NCBI GenBank assembly: GCA_900759525.1
Contig: CAAEVR010000164.1
Span: 2,940-66,939 of the forward strand
Reading direction: 5' to 3'
DNA: 64,000 nt
Source: an uncultured Bacteroides sp.
Lineage (GTDB): Bacteria; Bacteroidota; Bacteroidia; Bacteroidales; Bacteroidaceae
This document shows positions 40,654-48,639 of this stretch, in pieces (within the stretch, counting starts at the first letter, position 1; the number at the start of each line of letters is the position of its first letter). Position numbers and translations under genes: made by a program. Under the pieces are notes generated by a model, which made no database searches, was not told the origin of the DNA, and worked only from the letters and a program-made list of their open reading frames with translations.

Positions 40654-42333
40654 TTAATAACGCGGATTTTGAGACAAGTTCTCATTGCCATTAATGTCAT
40701 CGGCAGGAATAGGATATACGTTAAAGAAGTCTTCCACGCTCTTTCCTTCTGCTACACCACCCTTAAAATCCCAAACGTATTTGTCACCTGTGAAAAGACC
40801 AAAACGGATCAAATCACTACGACGACGACCTTCCATATAGAACTCACGACACCATTCATCAATAATATATTGTTCGGTAATGGTAGCAGGAGTAGAAGCA
40901 CCTGCACGGCTACGCAAAACTTCAATATCAGCACGCGCTTGTTGCGGGTCACCAGTCAAACGGAACTTAGCCTCTGCACGAGTCAGATACATTTCAGCAT
41001 AACGTATCAAAGGGATATCCACATCGGGGAATTCATTATGTGAAGTCGCTGCACCATCTGTACGAATGTTACTCCATTTCACAATAGAAAGACCAGAGTT
41101 AAAGCCCGCAATTTGTTCAGCCTGTAACTTACGAAGTCCGCCACCACAACCCGAATAGAACAATGCACGATGGTCGTTAGCCTTCTTCTGCACATCTTTG
41201 GTAGTAGTACCTGCTGCTTCATCAAGAGCGATAATCTTAGCCTCAGTAGCTCCATCGGGGGCTTTCTCAGTAGCAATCGGACAATCTTCGAGCGTAGAGA
41301 AGAATTTCTTAACCAAAGCTGCACGGGAGAAGTTACAGCTCCAACCATTGGAAGTACCCATATAAGGCATTCCGGTGATACGGGTAGAACTTACCAGATA
41401 GTTGGCACCACTATAACATTTCGTTTTAGCACCATCCTGACGGATAGGCAGGATGATTTCTTTCATAGCTTGCGGATTTTGGTCATTATCAGCCATAAAC
41501 ACTTGTTCATAACCAGTATAGCCATTCTTTTCAACTTTAGAAAGTTCATATTTCCCATCAAGCAGATCGCAATAGTCAATAGCCTTCTGATAGTCTTTTA
41601 CCGCACCTTTGGTATAAACAGCAGAGTTCAGAGCCAAACGGGCATGGAGCATATAAGCGGCACCTTTATCGGCACGTCCAAAGTTAGAAGAGTTATTGAA
41701 TGCACCCACTTCGGCAAGATCCGGTTCTATGTTGGTCAATTCCTTGTCAATCCAGTCATAAAGTTCTTTACCGGCTTTCTCTACGGGCAACTCATAAATG
41801 TCATACGTAGTCTTGAAAGGAGCCTTTCCCCAAAGGTCGAGGAAGTACCACATGTGAAGGGCACGCAAGAAACGAACTTCTGCACGATACTGTTTATAAT
41901 CAGGATCATCAGCTTTATCCTCAGTGTTAGTGAGATAGAAATTACAAAGAGTAACATCAAAAGCCAGACGCTGGAACGTCCATTGCACGCGAACAGATGA
42001 AGCCGTCCAGTCAATATTGGTGATTTGAGGAATATCAGCGTCAGTCTGCCAAGCCCAAAGGCATTCATCGGTACAAAGTTCTTGCAGATTGAATGTAGTA
42101 CGGTAGAATCCGCTTTCACCTTCATCACTACTGATATCTCCACTACCGGCAGGACCTTTCTGGCCTGTCAGACCCAGTGTACTGTAGATTTTCGCCAACA
42201 GTTCCATATCTCCATACGATGAACTGGACTGCGGATCGATAGACGAAATATTCAAGTCGTTGACACACGACGTTGCCACTCCACCCATAAGAAGGGCTGC
42301 AAGGGCTGTTTTCAAAAATATATGTTTCATCAT
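40654..42333 (-). CDS. susD: SusD (starch-type) glycan-binding lipoprotein
   Basis: SCVNDLNISSIDPQ, DEGESGFYRTTFN, TDECLWAWQ (starch-stacking Trp pair of SusD), EGRRRSDLIRFG. Confidence 0.93.
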   Translation of the reverse strand: MMKHIFLKTALAALLMGGVATSCVNDLNISSIDPQSSSSYGDMELLAKIYSTLGLTGQKGPAGSGDISSDEGESGFYRTTFNLQELCTDECLWAWQTDADIPQITNIDWTASSVRVQWTFQRLAFDVTLCNFYLTNTEDKADDPDYKQYRAEVRFLRALHMWYFLDLWGKAPFKTTYDIYELPVEKAGKELYDWIDKELTNIEPDLAEVGAFNNSSNFGRADKGAAYMLHARLALNSAVYTKGAVKDYQKAIDYCDLLDGKYELSKVEKNGYTGYEQVFMADNDQNPQAMKEIILPIRQDGAKTKCYSGANYLVSSTRITGMPYMGTSNGWSCNFSRAALVKKFFSTLEDCPIATEKAPDGATEAKIIALDEAAGTTTKDVQKKANDHRALFYSGCGGGLRKLQAEQIAGFNSGLSIVKWSNIRTDGAATSHNEFPDVDIPLIRYAEMYLTRAEAKFRLTGDPQQARADIEVLRSRAGASTPATITEQYIIDEWCREFYMEGRRRSDLIRFGLFTGDKYVWDFKGGVAEGKSVEDFFNVYPIPADDINGNENLSQNPRY

Positions 42334-42350
42334 TATATGCATTTAATAGG

Positions 42351-45300
42351 TTAAAAATTCAGGCTTAAGCCAACTTGAATGCTGAAAGGACGCGGATAAG
42401 GATTGGAATCAATACCGCTTGCTACCTCAGGGTCGATGCCTTTATATTTAGAAATAATAAAAGGATTTTGAGCAGTAAGGAACGCACGGCCAGAGCATGT
42501 TTCATGACCGGCTACCTTAAATAGTGCAGGGAAAGAATAACCTAAAGTAATGTTTGAGCACTTCAGATAAGAAGCATTACGTACGAAGTAATCGCTCAAA
42601 TAATTATCGTTACCTACTCCTACACCGGTAAAGCCCAATGCTACAGCCTCGGCAGTAGAGTTATGCAGGGCACTGTTAGAATACAAGCCGGATTGGCTGA
42701 CCATTGCACGATTCGACAAGAAATCGTAATAAACATAGTTACCAATAGAAGCACGGAAAGACATACTCAAATCCCAGTTTTTATAGAGGAATTTAGTTGT
42801 AAGACCCATAATAACATCAGCAGAGGGTTTCTTGTAGAAATAACGGTCACCATTGTCAATACGTCCGTTACCATCACGGTCTACGTACATACCTTCAATA
42901 GGTTTACCATTCTCATCATATACTTGCTGATAAACAAAGAATGAGTTAGTTGCTTTACCTACGGTATTTGCCTGAATCAAGGTATTGTTACCACGGCTGA
43001 TCTTATCTCCCGACCATGCATAATAGCCTGCATCGCCATCCACCAAGTCAGTAATTTCATTATGGTTCCAAGCAATATTATAGCTTACATCCCAAGTAAA
43101 ATCTTTAGTTACAATAGGTTTGGCATTAATAGAGAATTCCACACCGTAATTCTTCAGCGAACCGATATTCTTTGTCAACTGAGAACCAAACTGCATACCT
43201 ACAGGAATAGTGATAGAATTCAGCAAATCTTTGGTTTCGCGGTAGTAACCATCAATATTGGCTGTGATGCGGTTATTCAGGAAGCCCAAATCGATACCGG
43301 CATTATAGGTAGTTGTAGTCTCCCACTTCAAGTCAGGATTGTAAGCCGACGGACGCATCGTACCATAGTAAGTATCGCCAAAAGGATACTGAGCGAAAGA
43401 GTCGCTTGAAGTATAATGAGTTTCATAACCGAAATCAGAGTTAATATCCTGCTGACCTGTCATACCCCATCCCAAACGAAGTTTGAATTCATTCCACCAA
43501 GTAAGATTCTTCATAAATGCCTCTTCATTGATTTTCCACGCCAATGCCACAGAAGGGAAGTAACCCCATCTATTGTCTTCAGAGAAACGAGAAGAACCAT
43601 CGGCACGGAACGTAGCCGTAAGCATATATCTGTTGAGCAACGTATAATTTAAGCGACCGAAGTAAGAAACTAAAGAGTTATGCGTAGCCCATGCTTGTTC
43701 CTCTCTCAATTTGGCATCATGAGGAGTACCATCGTAAGGATCGGTACCTTGACCATAGTCATAACCACTGCGGTGGAAGTGACTTTCTTCGGCACCAACC
43801 ATTATATCAAAATTATGGGCGCCTATTTCCTTAACGTACTGAGCATAAGCATTAGCTGTGACACTATATTTATAAGTCTGCGTTATACCATTCCAACCAA
43901 AGTAGTTGTTAGAATAAGAATACTTGGAGATTATATCGTCCTGCTTACTTTCAGTATACTGTCCACCATAACTGGCATGCAGACGTAAATCTTCAAAGCC
44001 ATGTACCTTATAGTCTACATCAAAGTTACCTGTAAAGTCATTGGCAACAGCCTGTACATCCTTAAGTTTCAACAGAGCTAAAGGATTCTGAGGAGCATTG
44101 GGATTATTAGTATATTTCCATTCTGCATTGAAATCTTTAGGTGACTGCGAATGTTGAAAATAACCATCGAAAAATGGAGCACGGGCATCATCAGCATCAA
44201 AGTATACCGGCTGAGTGGGATCCATTGAAAGAGCAGAACCTATTGCACCGCCTGCATCAGCATAACGGTCTTTCTCATACATATACTTAGCGTTAATCTT
44301 CAAATTGAGGTGATCATCGAAGAAAGAAGGAGAAAGATTCAAGCCGACATTGGCACGGCGCATCCATGAGGTTTCAACGATACCGTCAGAAGCGTTATAT
44401 CCCAAACTCAAACGGTAAGGCATATTTTTCAAACCACCGGATACTGATACATTATGACTATGAGAGATAGCAGTGCGGAATATTTGATCTTGCCAATCAG
44501 TATTAGCATTACCCATACCTACTTCACCGGCTTTATCGCCCCAGATGTTATTAACAAGTTCACGAAACTCATCACCATTGAGTACATCATACTTTTTCTG
44601 GATCATAGAAATTGTCATGTCACCGTTGTAAGAAACCTTAGGAGCAGAACCACTCTTACCTTTCTTAGTGGTAATAATGATAACACCGTTTGAAGCACGG
44701 CTACCGTAAATGGCAGTAGCAGAAGCATCCTTTAAAACTGTAAAAGTTTCAATATCATTCGGATTAACCATAGCCAAAGGATTACTCATTCCTTTTGGAG
44801 TATTGTTATCAATGGTCAAACCATCAATAACAATCAACGGATCGTTTGAAGAATTAAGAGAAGATCCGCCACGCACGCGAATCTGAGCACCTGCACCCGG
44901 AGTGCCACCTGCTGTGATAACATCGACACCGGCCACTTTTCCAACCAACATATCCTGCGCATTGTTGGTGATACCTTTACTGAGCTCATCCGGTTTGATT
45001 GCCGTTACCGAACCTGTAAGGTCATCTTTCTTGGTACGACCATACCCCACTACTACTACTTCACTCAATAATTCTGCATCATCTTTCAGTGTCACCATCA
45101 CCATAGGAGCAGCAGCTACTTCTTGTGTCTGATAACCAATAAAAGATATTGTTAATGTAGCACCTTTAGGAACACTCAAGGTGAAATTTCCATCAAGGTC
45201 GGTGATTGTACCATTAGAGGTATTTCCTTTTTCTACAACATTCGCGCCTATCACTTCCAATCCCGTAGCATCTTTTACATGCCCTTTCACGGTAATGTTC

Positions 45301-45383
45301 TGTGCATAAACGCCAACAGACAAGAATAACCCTACTAATAGGGGAAGAATCATTCGATAGATTCTAAGATTAACTTGCTTCAT
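42351..45383 (-). CDS. susC: SusC TonB-dependent transporter (starch-type)
   Basis: MKQVNLRIYR N-terminus, VVVGYG, LKDASATAIYGSRASNGVIIITTK, LKWETT, terminal SLNF. Confidence 0.96.
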   Translation of the reverse strand: MKQVNLRIYRMILPLLVGLFLSVGVYAQNITVKGHVKDATGLEVIGANVVEKGNTSNGTITDLDGNFTLSVPKGATLTISFIGYQTQEVAAAPMVMVTLKDDAELLSEVVVVGYGRTKKDDLTGSVTAIKPDELSKGITNNAQDMLVGKVAGVDVITAGGTPGAGAQIRVRGGSSLNSSNDPLIVIDGLTIDNNTPKGMSNPLAMVNPNDIETFTVLKDASATAIYGSRASNGVIIITTKKGKSGSAPKVSYNGDMTISMIQKKYDVLNGDEFRELVNNIWGDKAGEVGMGNANTDWQDQIFRTAISHSHNVSVSGGLKNMPYRLSLGYNASDGIVETSWMRRANVGLNLSPSFFDDHLNLKINAKYMYEKDRYADAGGAIGSALSMDPTQPVYFDADDARAPFFDGYFQHSQSPKDFNAEWKYTNNPNAPQNPLALLKLKDVQAVANDFTGNFDVDYKVHGFEDLRLHASYGGQYTESKQDDIISKYSYSNNYFGWNGITQTYKYSVTANAYAQYVKEIGAHNFDIMVGAEESHFHRSGYDYGQGTDPYDGTPHDAKLREEQAWATHNSLVSYFGRLNYTLLNRYMLTATFRADGSSRFSEDNRWGYFPSVALAWKINEEAFMKNLTWWNEFKLRLGWGMTGQQDINSDFGYETHYTSSDSFAQYPFGDTYYGTMRPSAYNPDLKWETTTTYNAGIDLGFLNNRITANIDGYYRETKDLLNSITIPVGMQFGSQLTKNIGSLKNYGVEFSINAKPIVTKDFTWDVSYNIAWNHNEITDLVDGDAGYYAWSGDKISRGNNTLIQANTVGKATNSFFVYQQVYDENGKPIEGMYVDRDGNGRIDNGDRYFYKKPSADVIMGLTTKFLYKNWDLSMSFRASIGNYVYYDFLSNRAMVSQSGLYSNSALHNSTAEAVALGFTGVGVGNDNYLSDYFVRNASYLKCSNITLGYSFPALFKVAGHETCSGRAFLTAQNPFIISKYKGIDPEVASGIDSNPYPRPFSIQVGLSLNF

Positions 45384-45487
45384 GCATTTAAAAAATTAAA
45401 GTTAACAATATTAATTACCTATATTATATATTCGAAATTATCTTTCGATTACTTTCTCTTTTATAAGGTATCTATAACATGACGCAA

Positions 45488-45565
45488 CAAAAATATGCTT
45501 TATAAAAATATTAAAATATAAGAAATATAAGAAATATGCAAATGCAACAGTGCAAACGATTGCAC
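45488..45565 (-). promoter_or_regulatory. susC promoter: -7 box plus LacI-type palindromic operator
   Basis: TATTTTTG on the - strand (45488-45495); GTGCAAACGATTGCAC (45550-45565). Confidence 0.7.
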
Positions 45566-45824
45566 AGAGTTGCACCGTTGCGCAAGATAAAAATCTTCAT
45601 TTTAAAGAGCCCCATACACAATCATTTTCAAGAAACTAAGAGATAAAAAATATCAAAACAATAGTACCTACACCCATCCAGCATCCACAATGATAGTATA
45701 TTCCTCATTTTCGCAACATACTTTAGTTTACAAAATCACAAACCAGCATATTCAGTGAATAAAGAAAGGATAAGAATACACTATTATTGCATATAATTGC
45801 AGCTTTGATAGCTACTTATGCAGA

Positions 45825-45912
45825 AAAGGGTTACTACTTACGGGTGAAAGGGTTACTACTTATAGGTAAAAAGGTTACTACATATAGGCAAAAGGGTTAC
45901 TACTTATCGCCA
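45825..45912. repeat. Four 22-bp tandem repeats (AAAGGGTTACTACTTA...)
   Basis: Units start at 45825, 45847, 45869 and 45891, with a degenerate half-unit before them. Confidence 0.9.
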
Positions 45913-46361
45913 ACGCACTTATTTGTGTCAGGTTTTTCACCTATAAGAACGGTTTTAGAGAGCTGTTTCGTTCCAGAACAAATGTAACAATTTCGCTATC
46001 CAACTATTATTCTGACATTTACCGTTTTTCATTTCCATATTTCCATCTCGATAGACATACGGACAGAAACAGTACATTCTCAGCCAACTAAAAATACAAT
46101 TTGTCACAATGACACTTATCCCTATTTCCCGTTTTTTCATTATCCACTCTCCTAATTACCCCGAAATCATTGCAAACCGCATACTGCTATTCATCGGCTT
46201 CAGCCGATATTTCCGATGCATGAGTTAAAACCTTCCTTGTGTTTCGTGTCCTTTATGAACGTTTTTCGGAGGAAAAGCCACACTATTCTATACCTGTCTG
46301 ATGCCACTTCTTTACGAATAATACCAAGTATTTATTAAATTCACATTGCCAATTTACGAGT

Positions 46362-46447
46362 AACCACATTTGTGGTACACCTGCTTCACATTGATGGAGC
46401 ACATGAACCACAATTATGAAACAGGTGAACCACAATTGTGGTCATTC
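46362..46447. repeat. Four degenerate 22-bp tandem repeats with palindromic core ACCACAATTGTGGT
   Basis: Units start at 46362, 46384, 46406 and 46428. Confidence 0.75.
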
Positions 46448-46731
46448 TAAATTAAACGTATATTAATCAAAAGAACATTGTATATCAGCGGAATATACAT
46501 GTGTCATTAACAGAAAGAAGAGTAGGCGTTATCCCTGACAAAGCGTGCAAGCAACTTTTTGCTTACACGCAAATAAAGTTGCTTCCACCACGCTTTTTCA
46601 ACTATTTATCAGCAACTTACAGCAAATAGTGCAAGCGTGCAAGTAAATATGACGTTAAACTTATAGTAAGGTAACGAGGGGACAACTACCCTCATAACGG
46701 AAATAGAAAGGAATAAAATGCTGAACAATAC

Positions 46732-46890
46732 TATCTCAATTCTCCTCCTCCCGGGAGGAGGAGTACCCGTAGGGGGAGGTGGTAGGTGAAAAATAATTCC
46801 TTATTTATATGGTTCATAGGTATTTCTTGCTTTACCTACCACCCCGCCCTTTGGGCACCCCTCCTCCGACGGAGGAGGGGAATTGAGATA
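46732..46890. repeat. GC-rich nested inverted repeat (REP/MITE-like, about 60-bp arms)
   Basis: TATCTCAATTCTCCTCCTCCCGGGAGGAGGAG...GGTGGTAGGT versus ACCTACCACC...CCCCTCCTCCGACGGAGGAGGGGAATTGAGATA. Confidence 0.8.
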
Positions 46891-47046
46891 CTCTATTTAC
46901 TCAATATCGAGATACCAATTTAACTCATAACCGAAAAGAAACGAACAAATTTTGATGCGGTTGCCCTGATTTAATTTCCCTTTTTAATACTGAAAATAGA
47001 ACATAAATAAGTACTTTTGTGTATTGATGTATAAAAACAGACAAAT

Positions 47047-48597
47047 ATGAGCAATAAGATTTATCCCATAGGAATACAAAATTTCGAAAAGATTCGCAAG
47101 GACGGTTATTTCTACATTGATAAGACAGCCTTGATTTATCAAATGGTAAAAACCGGTAGTTATTACTTCCTGAGCCGCCCGCGCCGTTTCGGCAAAAGTC
47201 TGCTCATTTCAACGCTGGAAGCCTATTTCCAAGGGAGAAAAGAGTTGTTTGCCGGATTATCAATAGAAAAGTTGGAAAAAGACTGGATAAAGTATCCGAT
47301 ACTGCATCTCGACCTCAATATTGAGAAATATGACGCACCGGAGAGTTTGGATAATATACTTGAGAAATCGTTGACAGCGTGGGAAAAACTCTACGGCGCC
47401 GAACCATCCGAACGCTCCTTTTCCCTGCGCTTTGCAGGCATCATAGAACGTGCCTGCCTGCAAACCGGGCAACGCGTAGTAATTTTGGTAGATGAATACG
47501 ACAAGCCCATGTTGCAGGCTATCGGTAACGAAGAGCTACAAAAACAATTCCGGAATACTTTAAAGGCATTTTATGGCGTACTCAAAACGATGGATGGCTG
47601 CATCAAGTTTGCCCTGCTGACGGGAGTGACAAAGTTTGGAAAGGTCAGCGTGTTCAGTGATCTAAACAACTTGGACGACATATCAATGCGGAATCAGTAC
47701 ATTGAAATCTGTGGGGTTAGCGAACAGGAGATTCATTCTAATTTGGAAAATGAAATCCATGAATTTGCAGCTGCACGGGGAGTGACGTATGACAAACTCT
47801 GCGCCGAACTCAGAGAAAACTATGACGGTTATCATTTCACTCATAACTCTATCGGTATATACAATCCATTCAGCCTTCTTAATGCCTTCAAATATAAGGA
47901 ATTCAACAGCTATTGGTTTGAAACGGGAACGGCTACTTACTTGGTAAAACTGCTAAAGAAGCACCATTACGACCTGGAACAGATGGCACATGAAGAAACC
48001 GACGCCCAAGTACTGAACAGCATCGATTCTGAATCGACCAATCCCATTCCGGTGATTTATCAAAGTGGGTATCTTACCATCAAAGGATACGATGAACGTT
48101 TTGGTATGTATCGCTTAGGTTTTCCCAACCGTGAAGTAGAGGAAGGTTTCATCCGTTTCCTCTTGCCTTTCTATACGAATATCAACAAAGTAGAAGCCCC
48201 GTTTGCCATTCAGAAATTTGTTCGTGAAGTGGAATCGGGAGATTATGATTCCTTCTTCCGCCGCCTGCAAAGTTTCTTTGCAGATACCACTTACGAAGTA
48301 ATCCGCGAACAGGAACTGCACTACGAAAATGTACTTTTCATCGTTTTTAAATTAATAGGTTTCTATACCCAAGTGGAATATAATACCAACAACGGACGCA
48401 TCGACCTCGTATTGAAGACAGACAAATTCATTTATATCATGGAATTCAAGTTGAAAGGTACTGCCGAAGAAGCTTTGCAGCAAATTAATGACAAGCGTTA
48501 TGCACTTCCTTTCGAGATGGATGAACGAAAACTATTTAAAATAGGAATAAACTTCAGTGAGAAAACCCGGAACATTGAAAAATGGGTGGTAGAATAA
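47047..48597 (+). CDS. AAA-family ATPase with C-terminal PD-(D/E)XK nuclease domain
   Basis: YPIGIQNF, SRPRRFGKSL, LVDEYDKP, YWFETGT, GRIDL...IMEFK; TACTTTTG -7 box at 47012-47019. Confidence 0.92.
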   Translation: MSNKIYPIGIQNFEKIRKDGYFYIDKTALIYQMVKTGSYYFLSRPRRFGKSLLISTLEAYFQGRKELFAGLSIEKLEKDWIKYPILHLDLNIEKYDAPESLDNILEKSLTAWEKLYGAEPSERSFSLRFAGIIERACLQTGQRVVILVDEYDKPMLQAIGNEELQKQFRNTLKAFYGVLKTMDGCIKFALLTGVTKFGKVSVFSDLNNLDDISMRNQYIEICGVSEQEIHSNLENEIHEFAAARGVTYDKLCAELRENYDGYHFTHNSIGIYNPFSLLNAFKYKEFNSYWFETGTATYLVKLLKKHHYDLEQMAHEETDAQVLNSIDSESTNPIPVIYQSGYLTIKGYDERFGMYRLGFPNREVEEGFIRFLLPFYTNINKVEAPFAIQKFVREVESGDYDSFFRRLQSFFADTTYEVIREQELHYENVLFIVFKLIGFYTQVEYNTNNGRIDLVLKTDKFIYIMEFKLKGTAEEALQQINDKRYALPFEMDERKLFKIGINFSEKTRNIEKWVVE

Positions 48598-48637
48598 AAA
48601 GAGGGCATCACCTCATTTGAAAGTGACGCCCTCTTTT
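48596..48637. terminator. Bidirectional terminator
   Basis: AAAAAGAGGGCATCAC...GTGACGCCCTCTTTT between the convergent AAA and GH2 genes. Confidence 0.8.
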
Positions 48638-48639
48638 CT

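Noticed and set aside
45183..45207. 25-bp identity between the two susC genes (also 58360-58384) as a shufflon or inversion site
   Set aside because: It encodes the conserved ITDLDGNF motif, both copies are in direct orientation, and no recombinase is nearby.
45787..46140. Short ORFs in the inter-PUL spacer
   Set aside because: 45787-45987 merely translates the 22-bp repeats (KGYYL), and 45955-46140 has no supporting features.
45825..46447. Possible CRISPR array
   Set aside because: The units are contiguous 22-mers without unique 30-40-nt spacers, and no cas genes are present.
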